Shown here one piece after another: positions 36,879-46,129 of a stretch of 64,000 nucleotides of DNA. Made by a program: the position numbers and the translations under genes. The notes below the pieces were generated by a model. That model saw only the letters and a program-made list of their open reading frames with translations, was not told the DNA's origin and searched no databases. Source of the stretch: Escherichia coli (GTDB lineage: Bacteria; Pseudomonadota; Gammaproteobacteria; Enterobacterales; Enterobacteriaceae). Location of the stretch: NCBI RefSeq assembly GCF_030384885.1, contig NZ_CP128613.1; one strand, written 5' to 3'. How positions within the stretch are numbered: position 1 is the first letter of the stretch; each line of letters starts with the position of its first letter.

Positions 36879-38372
36879 TTAGCCCCAGGTTACCGCTTCC
36901 GGTTTATCACCTCTGGCTTTCATTAATGAATCATTATCAATATCGGCTTTATACTTTAAGAACTTACCATACATTTGTTTTTCAATGTCTGGATTTTTAC
37001 CTATCTGATTAATGGTCTCAAAACGATCGGTTTTGAGGTTGTATAAGTACTTTGGCTTATTGTTACGATCGATGATCATTTTCCAGTCACCATCACGTAT
37101 CGCCCATTCGTCGGTTGGATCATCCTGGAATGGCATGTCAATTCCGAAGATTAATGGCTTTTCACGTTTTAGCGCCTTGTTCTCAAGGACAGGAACCAAC
37201 GATTCGCCATCAAAAGTGCGGTCCGTCGGTAATTTGAAGTTCATTATTTTCGCCAGCGTAGGCATCCAGTCCAGACCATAAACGGGAGTATCTGAAACCA
37301 TTCCCTTTGGAAGATGCTTTCCGTATTTAATAATCGCCGGAACACGGATGCCGCCTTCCCAAAGATTATCCTTGCGACCGCGTAATCCATCAGTTTCCCC
37401 TGCCAAATTCAGCTCATACACTTTGCGCGCTTCACGGGTTACTGGGCCGTTATCACTGGTAAAAATAACGATGGTGTTATCTTCTTCACCCATCGCTTTG
37501 ATTTTATCCAGTACTTTTCCAACCTGAGCATCCAGATAACTGATGTTGGCATAATATTCTCCTGTACCACGCCAGGGTTTATCCGCCCAGTCGCCATAAA
37601 ATAAATCAGGATGCTGCTTCTGATAGTCGCTCATATAATGTGAGTACATGTCGAGGTATTTTTTGGGCGAAGCCAGGGGACTGTGCACTTCGGTAAAAGC
37701 GACATAAAGGAAGAAAGGCTTACTATCCTTTTTGTTATCCAACCAGTTAACGACTTCCGAACTGACATACTCACCGCTCATTTTATCGGCTCGTGGAGTG
37801 GGTTGCCCGTTACGTAGCCAGCCTGTCGGGTAAACTATGCCATAACGCGGGCGTTCTTTAGCGTTATCTAGCGTGGCGTCGGTAACAAAGCCCGCCGTAT
37901 TAACCAGTGAGTAATCAAAGCCCATATCTTTTGCCTGAGGCTGATCGGTACGATCGCCGCCTGCATTCAGATGCAGCTTACCCATCATTGCCGTGTCGTA
38001 CCCTTGCGCTTTGAGTAGATTAGCAATCGTGAGTTCGTTACGCCCTAAGGCAACATCTTTGCCTGAAGGAATCCATGAGCGAATTCCAGCACGAAATGGC
38101 ATCCGGTCGGTTAATAGCCCAGCGCGTGAAGGTGAACTTAAAGGGGCGGGGGCATAGTAGTCAGTAAATTTGACCCCTTCCTGGGCAAGCCTGTCGATAT
38201 TAGGTGTTTTAACGATCTGATGACCATATGTTGCTAAATCGCCATAACCTAAATCATCCGCCATAATAATGACTAAATTAGGTTGTTTAGCCTCTGCGGC
38301 TAAGGCAGGACTAAAAGCATTCCCTGTGCAAACTGCAAGGCCGATCAAACTGGCCATTAACGTTTTCTGCAT
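36879..38372 (-). CDS. Periplasmic sulfatase, Ser-type (arylsulfatase family)
   Basis: 497-aa ORF with signal peptide and sulfatase N-terminal signature …NLVIIMADDLGYGDL…APAPLSSPSRAGLLTD… (S-x-P-x-R rather than C-x-P-x-R). Confidence 0.85.
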   Translation of the reverse strand: MQKTLMASLIGLAVCTGNAFSPALAAEAKQPNLVIIMADDLGYGDLATYGHQIVKTPNIDRLAQEGVKFTDYYAPAPLSSPSRAGLLTDRMPFRAGIRSWIPSGKDVALGRNELTIANLLKAQGYDTAMMGKLHLNAGGDRTDQPQAKDMGFDYSLVNTAGFVTDATLDNAKERPRYGIVYPTGWLRNGQPTPRADKMSGEYVSSEVVNWLDNKKDSKPFFLYVAFTEVHSPLASPKKYLDMYSHYMSDYQKQHPDLFYGDWADKPWRGTGEYYANISYLDAQVGKVLDKIKAMGEEDNTIVIFTSDNGPVTREARKVYELNLAGETDGLRGRKDNLWEGGIRVPAIIKYGKHLPKGMVSDTPVYGLDWMPTLAKIMNFKLPTDRTFDGESLVPVLENKALKREKPLIFGIDMPFQDDPTDEWAIRDGDWKMIIDRNNKPKYLYNLKTDRFETINQIGKNPDIEKQMYGKFLKYKADIDNDSLMKARGDKPEAVTWG

Positions 38373-38392
38373 AATTATTCCCTGATAAAAAA

Positions 38393-39154
38393 TTAGAAAT
38401 CATAACCAAGCATATAAATCATTTGATCGCCAAAGCCATCGTAGCCCAGCTTATTATCGAAATAACGCCACGTCACACTGGCTTTCCAGCGAGGATAGAA
38501 CTTCCAGGCAATAGTTAAACCGCCATTTAATCCGTTCCGGCCAAATTGCTGCTCCGTGTAAGCATCGTTCCTGTCCAGTTCTATTTCATTCCAGTTAGAT
38601 AAAACAAATTTTTCGTCAAATAACATAAATGGCAATACTGCTGTCCAGCCAACAACATAACCATTCCAACCATTCGTTTGACCATATTTAGCTGATACGT
38701 AGTCACCAGATTGATTATGTAATCCAATATACGGTTTAAAAAAGCCCCACTCGCCGTTCCAGCCGAGGTAACCGAATCCATAAAACATGTCCAGATCGTC
38801 ACCCCATGAGTTATCCCATTGGCCATAAATTTTGCCAAAGAATGTCATATCAGAGTCAAAGAGTCTGACATGCGTCATTGCTGAAACCGTATGATTTCTC
38901 CCTGCTACAGCATGATTGAGTACATTACTTTCATAAAATGAGTAAAATTCTGCTTCTTTAAAATTTACCCCAAAATCCGCAGTCACTTTCCATACTTCAC
39001 CACGGTGAGTGTTTACAAATCCACTATTCCAGTCTGCATAACCCGCATTTATTGAACCAAAGGTTCCTTTATATTCTAATGAAGAATATGCAGGAAAATG
39101 ATAGATAGCTGTTATCAGGGTACACGCAATAAGAAGTCGTCTTTTGGCAGACAT
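38393..39154 (-). CDS. Outer-membrane channel, Tsx (nucleoside-specific channel) family-like
   Basis: 253-aa ORF with signal peptide, aromatic-rich beta-barrel-like composition and C-terminal …MLGYDF resembling the Tsx C-terminus; first gene of the leftward three-gene cluster. Confidence 0.6.
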   Translation of the reverse strand: MSAKRRLLIACTLITAIYHFPAYSSLEYKGTFGSINAGYADWNSGFVNTHRGEVWKVTADFGVNFKEAEFYSFYESNVLNHAVAGRNHTVSAMTHVRLFDSDMTFFGKIYGQWDNSWGDDLDMFYGFGYLGWNGEWGFFKPYIGLHNQSGDYVSAKYGQTNGWNGYVVGWTAVLPFMLFDEKFVLSNWNEIELDRNDAYTEQQFGRNGLNGGLTIAWKFYPRWKASVTWRYFDNKLGYDGFGDQMIYMLGYDF

Positions 39155-39659
39155 ATAATATGATCTCCATTCATTGTTTTTATGGTTCCATAGAAATCAA
39201 TACATCAGATAATTCATTTTTATTAAGAATGACCAGGCCAGTATATTTAAAGATGACTATCGAAGCGTGATGAAGATCGCAGATTACTTTTGCGAACGGG
39301 CGGAGAGATATCGTGTTTCAGAAAATGTGTCTATTTTAAATATCACCCTTTGATTTATAGGCATTTTTCATGATGAACTTAGCATTGACTGCTGAACGTA
39401 TTTCTTTGTCTCTCTATAGTATTACACTAACCTTTAATAATTAATTTCCTTTAGCTATTCACTTTTGATAGAGGAAAACACCTTTTTTTGTGAATCCCTG
39501 ATATATTTAAGTTAAATAAATTGATGTATTGAAATATTATTCCGTAAAAATGCGAGGCGTCTTCAGAAAAAGAATTGATAAAACAGAAGTGAATTAAAAG
39601 CGCTGTATAATAGCGGCGAGTGCTTGAGGCTATCTGTCTCAGGCATTAGCTGAACGGCA

Positions 39660-39720
39660 GATAGAGAAAAGCCCCGAGTGATATTTTACCATCAACCCGA
39701 GGCCCCCTATATGCTGAACA
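39660..39720 (-). ncRNA. sokC: Sok-type antisense RNA (sokC) opposing the mokC translation start; approximate coordinates
   Basis: Placed by the known hok/sok architecture (antisense RNA overlapping the mok start region) and by offset from K-12 coordinates as I recall them; not verified by structure prediction. Confidence 0.4.
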
Positions 39721-39920
39721 CATGTAGAGTGCCTCTTACTGACCGTAAGGTCAAGGAGAAGAGAGCAATGAAGCAGCATAAGGCGATGATTGTCGCCCTG
39801 ATCGTCATCTGTATCACCGCCGTAGTGGCGGCGCTGGTAACGAGAAAAGACCTCTGTGAGGTTCACATCCGAACTGGCCAGACGGAGGTTGCTGTTTTCA
39901 CGGCTTACGAATCCGAGTAA
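39711..39920 (+). CDS. mokC: Regulatory overlapping reading frame MokC
   Basis: ORF starting MLNTCRVPLTDRKVKEKRA and running through hokC in the same frame, as in hok/mok/sok type I toxin-antitoxin loci. Confidence 0.75.
   Translation: MLNTCRVPLTDRKVKEKRAMKQHKAMIVALIVICITAVVAALVTRKDLCEVHIRTGQTEVAVFTAYESE
39768..39920 (+). CDS. hokC: Type I toxin HokC (Gef), small membrane toxin
   Basis: 50-aa peptide MKQHKAMIVALIVICITAVVAALVTRKDLCEVHIRTGQTEVAVFTAYESE recognised as Hok family. Confidence 0.9.
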   Translation: MKQHKAMIVALIVICITAVVAALVTRKDLCEVHIRTGQTEVAVFTAYESE

Positions 39921-40023
39921 GAGCAACGGCGGGGAGTGATCCCCGCCACTTTACAGGTGCTCGCATATCTTCAACGCACCCTGTTTTTTACCTGGCCTGC
40001 CCACGGGCAGGCTTTTGGGGAGG

Positions 40024-41154
40024 TTAGCGAGTCAGGTCGTCGAAAAACTTCTTCACACCATCAAAGAAGCTCTTTGAGCGCGGGCTGTTGTGCTCGCCGG
40101 TTGGGCCACCGAAGCTTTCTTGCAGCTCTTGCAGCAGCTGTTTCTGCTTCTCGTTCAGGCCTACCGGTGTTTCGACGACAACGCGGCACAGCAAATCACC
40201 CTGTGCGCCACCGCGGACAGACTTGACGCCTTTACCGCGCATACGGAACAGCTTACCGGTCTGGGTTTCGCCAGGCACTTTCAGTTTGACGCGACCATCA
40301 AGAGTCGGTACTTCGATTTCGCCACCCAGCGCCGCCATAGCGAAGTTGATCGGGACTTCGCAATACAGGTTGTTGCCTTCACGCTCGAAAATCGGGTGCT
40401 GTTTAACCTGAACCTGAACGTACAGATCGCCTGCCGGTGCGCCATGCTCGCCCGCTTCACCTTCGCCCGCAAGACGGATGCGGTCTCCAGTGTCCACTCC
40501 TGCCGGGATTTTAACGGACAGCGTTTTGCTGCGCTCAACACGACCATGACCATGACATTTGTTGCACGGATCTTTGATCAGCGTACCGCGGCCCTGACAG
40601 TGTGGACAGGTCTGCTGTACAGCGAAGAAGCCCTGGCGCATCTGCACCTGACCAGAACCATGGCAGGTCGGACAGGTCTGCGGCTGTGTACCTGGTTTTG
40701 CACCGCTACCGTGGCAAACGTCACACTCTTCCAGAGTCGGAATGCGGATCTCTTTGGTCACGCCACGTACAGCTTCTTCGAGGGTGAGCTCCATGTTATA
40801 GCGTAAATCAGCACCGCGCGCCGCACGTTGACGACCACGTCCGCCGCCAAAAATATCGCCGAAAACGTCACCAAAAATATCGCTGAAGTCTGCGCCGCCG
40901 CCAAAACCGCCGCCGCCCATGCCGCCTTGCTCAAAAGCAGCATGACCATACTGATCGTATGCCGCACGTTTTTGCGAGTCGGTCAGAACTTCATAAGCTT
41001 CCTTGATCTCTTTAAATTTCGCCTCGGCCTCTTTGTCACCCTGGTTACGGTCCGGGTGGTATTTCATGGCCAGGCGTTTGTAGGCCTTTTTGATTTCACG
41101 CTCTTCCGCTGTTTTGGAAACGCCTAAAATCTCGTAATAATCTTGCTTAGCCAT
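40024..41154 (-). CDS. dnaJ: Chaperone DnaJ (Hsp40)
   Basis: Start at ATG 41152-41154 ([37 protein letters not shown]…), J-domain HPD motif, Gly-rich linker, four CxxCxGxG zinc-finger repeats; 1131 bp. Confidence 0.97.
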
Positions 41155-41242
41155 CTTTTTTAAATTGCCCCTAGATGAATGCACGGGCGGAGAGGAAATT
41201 CCCCTTCGCCCGTGTCAGTATAATTACCCGTTTATAGGGCGA
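41155..41242 (-). ncRNA. Possible small RNA in the dnaK-dnaJ intergenic space (tpke11-like); existence uncertain
   Basis: Position only: from memory a small RNA has been annotated in the dnaK-dnaJ spacer in K-12; hairpin CCCGTGCATTCATCTAGGGG…CCCTTCGCCCGTG-type structures visible but not evaluated. Confidence 0.25.
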
Positions 41243-43159
41243 TTATTTTTTGTCTTTGACTTCTTCAAATTCAGCGTCGACAACATCGTCATCTTTCGCG
41301 TTGTTTGCAGAAGCATCAGCACCGGCAGTCTGCTGCTGGGCATGTTGCTGCTGGGCGATTTCCATCAGTTTCTGGGAAACCTGTGCCAGTTCCTGCATTT
41401 TCGCTTCGATAGCGGCTTTGTCTTCACCTTTCAGAGCAGTTTCCAGTGCAGTCAGCGCAGACTCGATAGCAGTTTTGTCGTCAGCCGGCAGTTTGTCGCC
41501 TGCTTCTTCAACCTGCTTACGGGTGCTGTGCAGCAGATGGTCGCCCTGGTTGCGAGTCTGTACCAGCTCTTCAAACTTACGGTCAGCTTCGGCGTTAGCT
41601 TCTGCGTCGCGTACCATTTTCTGGATTTCATCTTCGTTCAGACCAGAAGAAGCCTTGATGGTGATCTTCTGCTCTTTACCGCTGTTTTTATCTTTCGCGG
41701 AAACGTGCAAGATACCGTCAGCATCGATATCGAAGGTAACTTCGATCTGCGGCATGCCGCGCGGTGCCGGGTTGATACCATCCAGGTTGAACTGACCCAG
41801 AGATTTGTTATCAGCTGCACGTTTACGTTCACCCTGCAGCACATGGATGGTTACCGCAGACTGGTTGTCTTCAGCGGTAGAGAACACCTGGCTGTGCTTG
41901 GTCGGGATAGTGGTATTTTTCGCGATCAGCGTCGTCATCACACCGCCCATGGTTTCGATACCCAGAGACAGCGGGGTAACGTCCAGCAGCAGTACGTCTT
42001 TTACGTCACCAGTCAGAACACCACCCTGAACAGCAGCACCGATGGCTACAGCTTCGTCCGGGTTAACGTCTTTACGCGGCTCTTTACCAAAGAATTCAGC
42101 AACTTTCTTCTGAACCATTGGCATACGAGTCTGACCACCAACGAGGATAACGTCGTCAATATCAGATACGGACAGGCCAGCGTCCTGCAGAGCAACTTTC
42201 AGCGGCTCAATGGAACGGTTCACCAGGTCTTCTACCAGGCTTTCCAGTTTCGCACGAGTCACTTTGATGTTCATGTGTTTCGGACCGGTCGCGTCTGCAG
42301 TGATGTACGGCAGGTTAACGTCGGTCTGCTGAGCGGAAGAAAGTTCGATTTTCGCTTTTTCTGCCGCTTCTTTCAGGCGCTGCATTGCCAGCGGATCGTT
42401 GCGCAGGTCAATGCCCTGATCTTTCTTGAATTCTTCAACCAGGTAGTTGATCAGACGGCTGTCGAAGTCTTCACCACCCAGGTGGGTATCACCGTTGGTT
42501 GCCAGAACTTCGAAGGTTTTTTCGCCGTCAACTTCGTCGATTTCGATAATAGAAATATCGAAAGTACCACCACCCAGGTCATAAACCGCGATAGTACGGT
42601 TGCCAGTACCTTTGTCCAGACCATAAGCCAGCGCAGCTGCGGTCGGTTCGTTGATGATACGTTTTACTTCCAGACCAGCGATACGGCCTGCGTCTTTGGT
42701 TGCCTGACGCTGAGCATCGTTAAAGTATGCCGGTACGGTAATAACAGCTTCAGTTACCGGTTCGCCCAGGTAATCTTCCGCGGTTTTCTTCATTTTTTTC
42801 AGCACTTCAGCAGAAATCTGCGGCGGTGCCATTTTCTGGCCTTTAACTTCGACCCAAGCGTCGCCGTTATCAGCAGCAATAATTTTGAACGGCATGATGG
42901 AAACATCACGCTGTACTTCTTCGTCCTGGAAGCGGCGGCCAATCAGGCGTTTAATCGCAAACAGGGTGTTTTGCGGGTTTGTCACTGCCTGACGTTTAGC
43001 CGGCTGACCAACCAGAGTTTCACCATCCTGGGTATAGGCAATGATAGAAGGCGTGGTGCGATCGCCTTCGGCGTTCTCCAGCACTCGCGGAGTGGTGCCA
43101 TCCATAATCGCTACACAAGAGTTGGTAGTACCCAGGTCGATACCAATTATTTTACCCAT
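41243..43159 (-). CDS. dnaK: Chaperone DnaK (Hsp70)
   Basis: 638-aa [46 protein letters not shown]…. Confidence 0.98.
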
Positions 43160-43212
43160 CTAAACGTCTCCACTATATATTCGGTCATCATGTGGTTGTG
43201 AGTCTGTAATAG

Positions 43213-43312
43213 GGGCGAAACGTCTGGTTTCAACTGCCCAATTTCATTTTTTTGCAGACTCACTCACTGCGGTTGACTACTAAATGGGGTCGTAACCCAC
43301 GTCATCAAGGGG
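43213..43312 (-). promoter_or_regulatory. Heat-shock (sigma-32) promoters of dnaK
   Basis: On the dnaK strand: CCCTTGATGACGTGGGTTACGACCCCATTTAG (about 43279-43312) and TTGAAACCAGACGTTTCGCCCCTATTACAG (about 43213-43250), both matching the sigma-32 consensus CTTGAA-N(13-15)-CCCCATnT. Confidence 0.8.
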
Positions 43313-43534
43313 GAGATGCAAAAATTTTTTGTGCTTTTGCGCAGAAATTTCGCGATATGCCAGAACAAGACACGAAACTGACAGCAATTTTATTCATATA
43401 AAGAATGAATGGCAGCCAAGACATTCATAGAAAAATTGTAATAAAAAGAAAATATTACGTACCTGAATCTTCTCTTTATCAGCAGTAAACTAGTGGGTAT
43501 TCATCCCCTACCTCTCCCCACTAAGAGAATACTT

Positions 43535-43939
43535 ATGAAATCCGTTTTTACGCTTTCCGCCAGCCTGGCGATTAGCCTGCTGCTGTGCTGCACGGCGCAG
43601 GCAAACGACCATAAAATCCTCGGCGTCATTGCCATGCCGCGTAACGAAACCAACGATCTGGCGCTGAAACTTCCTGTTTGTCGCATTGTTAAACGCATTC
43701 AACTCACTGCCGACCATGGCGATTTACAGTTAAGTGGTGCATCGGTTTATTTCAAAGCCGCCCGTAGCGCCAGTCAGAGCCTGAATATTCCTTCAGAAAT
43801 AAAAGAAGGGCAAACCACTGACTGGATCAACATTAACAGCGATAACGACAATAAACGCTGCGTCTCAAAAATCACCTTTTCCGGCCATACGGTGAACTCA
43901 TCGGATATGGCCACGCTGAAAATTATCGGCGACGACTAA
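43535..43939 (+). CDS. yaaI: Secreted protein of unknown function YaaI (DUF2541-like)
   Basis: Start at ATG 43535 ([23 protein letters not shown]…), signal peptide; 405 bp; ORF-track ORF begins at 43493. Confidence 0.85.
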   Translation: MKSVFTLSASLAISLLLCCTAQANDHKILGVIAMPRNETNDLALKLPVCRIVKRIQLTADHGDLQLSGASVYFKAARSASQSLNIPSEIKEGQTTDWININSDNDNKRCVSKITFSGHTVNSSDMATLKIIGDD

Positions 43940-43964
43940 CGCCAGAATATAGAAGCCACAAAAA

Positions 43965-44678
43965 ATGAATGTTAATTACCTGAATGATTCAGATCTGGAT
44001 TTTCTCCAGCAATGTAGTGAGGAACAATTGGCAAATTTCGCCCGGCTGCTCACCCATAATGAAAAAGGCAAAACTCGCCTCTCCAGCGTACTGATGCGCA
44101 ACGAACTGTTTAAATCGATGGAAGGACATCCCGAGCAACATCGCCGCAACTGGCAGCTGATTGCCGGAGAATTACAGCATTTTGGTGGCGATAGTATCGC
44201 CAACAAACTGCGTGGACACGGTAAATTGTATCGGGCCATTTTGCTCGATGTTTCAAAACGATTGAAGCTGAAAGCCGACAAAGAGATGTCTACGTTTGAA
44301 ATTGAGCAACAGTTACTGGAACAATTTCTGCGTAATACCTGGAAGAAAATGGATGAGGAACATAAGCAGGAGTTTCTGCACGCGGTCGATGCCAGGGTGA
44401 ATGAGCTGGAAGAGCTGCTGCCGCTGCTGATGAAAGACAAATTATTGGCAAAAGGCGTGTCGCATTTGCTTTCCAGCCAATTGACCCGCATTTTACGCAC
44501 CCACGCAGCAATGAGCGTACTTGGGCATGGTTTGCTGCGCGGCGCGGGGCTGGGAGGCCCTGTAGGCGCGGCACTAAATGGGGTTAAAGCGGTCAGCGGC
44601 AGCGCCTATCGCGTGACGATTCCAGCCGTACTGCAAATCGCCTGCCTGCGCCGGATGGTTAGTGCCACTCAGGTCTGA
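43965..44678 (+). CDS. yaaW: Conserved protein YaaW
   Basis: 237-aa ORF; length and position between yaaI and satP match yaaW. Confidence 0.8.
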   Translation: MNVNYLNDSDLDFLQQCSEEQLANFARLLTHNEKGKTRLSSVLMRNELFKSMEGHPEQHRRNWQLIAGELQHFGGDSIANKLRGHGKLYRAILLDVSKRLKLKADKEMSTFEIEQQLLEQFLRNTWKKMDEEHKQEFLHAVDARVNELEELLPLLMKDKLLAKGVSHLLSSQLTRILRTHAAMSVLGHGLLRGAGLGGPVGAALNGVKAVSGSAYRVTIPAVLQIACLRRMVSATQV

Positions 44679-44826
44679 TACCGGAAACCGGGGAAAATTT
44701 TCATTTTCCCTTCAAAAGATCGTAGACACTGCCCCACTGGCTGATTATTATGCCGCGCCCTGAAAACACTACAGTTATTCAGGGAAATTATTTCACCATT
44801 CATTCGATGATGATTTTTGAGGAATT

Positions 44827-45393
44827 ATGGGCAACACTAAGTTGGCTAATCCGGCACCGCTGGGCCTGATGGGCTTCGGCATGACCACCATTCTGCTTAA
44901 CCTGCACAACGTGGGTTATTTCGCTCTTGACGGTATTATTCTTGCAATGGGCATTTTCTACGGCGGCATCGCGCAAATTTTTGCTGGTCTGCTGGAGTAC
45001 AAAAAAGGCAACACTTTCGGTTTAACCGCATTCACCTCTTATGGTTCTTTTTGGCTGACGCTGGTTGCGATTCTGCTGATGCCGAAACTGGGTCTGACCG
45101 ATGCGCCAAATGCACAGTTCCTTGGTGTATACCTGGGTCTGTGGGGCGTATTTACGCTGTTTATGTTCTTCGGCACGCTGAAAGGCGCACGCGTTCTGCA
45201 ATTCGTTTTCTTTAGCCTGACCGTGCTGTTTGCCCTGCTGGCGATCGGTAACATTGTCGGTAATGCCGCGATCATCCACTTTGCCGGCTGGATTGGTCTG
45301 ATCTGCGGTGCCAGCGCAATCTATCTGGCGATGGGTGAAGTACTGAACGAGCAGTTTGGTCGCACCGTTCTGCCGATTGGTGAATCACACTAA
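44827..45393 (+). CDS. satP: Succinate-acetate/proton symporter SatP (YaaH)
   Basis: 188-aa membrane ORF MGNTKLANPAPLGLMGFGMTTILLNLHNVGYF…; 567 bp; followed by hairpin terminator GAGATCCCCCCGCATGGGGGGATTTTTTT. Confidence 0.93.
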   Translation: MGNTKLANPAPLGLMGFGMTTILLNLHNVGYFALDGIILAMGIFYGGIAQIFAGLLEYKKGNTFGLTAFTSYGSFWLTLVAILLMPKLGLTDAPNAQFLGVYLGLWGVFTLFMFFGTLKGARVLQFVFFSLTVLFALLAIGNIVGNAAIIHFAGWIGLICGASAIYLAMGEVLNEQFGRTVLPIGESH

Positions 45394-45427
45394 TTGTTTT
45401 GAGATCCCCCCGCATGGGGGGATTTTT

Positions 45428-46015
45428 TTATTCGCTAACTTCGCGTCTTGCACTCTTCGGTCTGAATGCTGCAACTACTTCCGGTGCCGTTTCAACGTAT
45501 GGCCCTTCCAGCAACTGAATGCAGTACGGTACGCTGGCAAAAATACCGTGCACCACAACGTTACCCTCAGCGTCCTTCACACCTTCCAGCGTCTCTTTAA
45601 TAGACTTCGGCTGACCGGGTAAGTTAAGGATTAGTGCTTGTTTGCGAATCACGCCCACCTGGCGCGAAAGGATCGCGGTTGGAACAAAATGCAGGCTAAT
45701 TTGGCGCATCTGTTCACCAAAGCCCGGCATCTCGCGGTCCGCTACTGCCAGCGTCGCATCGGGCGTGACGTCACGACGCGCCGGACCAGTTCCGCCCGTG
45801 GTGAGCACCAGATGGCAACTCATTTCATCCACCAGCTCACACAACGTTTGCTCAATGATCGCCTGCTCATCGGGGATTAAGCGGGTTTCCAGTTCAAACG
45901 GCGTGGTCAGCGCCGATGTCAGCCATTCTTCCAGCGCAGGGATGCCTTTATCCTGATAAACGCCGCTGGATGCGCGATCAGAGATGGAAACTAAGCCAAT
46001 ACGTAAAGTATTCAT
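45428..46015 (-). CDS. mog: Molybdopterin adenylyltransferase Mog
   Basis: 195-aa ORF MNTLRIGLVSISDRASSGVYQDKGIPALEEWL…; 588 bp. Confidence 0.95.
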   Translation of the reverse strand: MNTLRIGLVSISDRASSGVYQDKGIPALEEWLTSALTTPFELETRLIPDEQAIIEQTLCELVDEMSCHLVLTTGGTGPARRDVTPDATLAVADREMPGFGEQMRQISLHFVPTAILSRQVGVIRKQALILNLPGQPKSIKETLEGVKDAEGNVVVHGIFASVPYCIQLLEGPYVETAPEVVAAFRPKSARREVSE

Positions 46016-46129
46016 TAAGATTTTTCCGTTTAAACAGTCTCGTTAAACAGAATGATACACTGCGAAGGGAGTGACAGACAGGCTTCAGAAGAGGTAGCGT
46101 GACCGACTTCCCGGTCACGCTAAGAATGA

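Noticed and set aside
41165-43201. 678-codon ORF on the plus strand covering the whole of dnaK in antisense
   Set aside because: Long stop-free antisense frames are a known consequence of codon bias in highly expressed, GC-balanced genes such as dnaK; there is no independent ribosome-binding site or promoter evidence, and the sense-strand gene is unambiguous.
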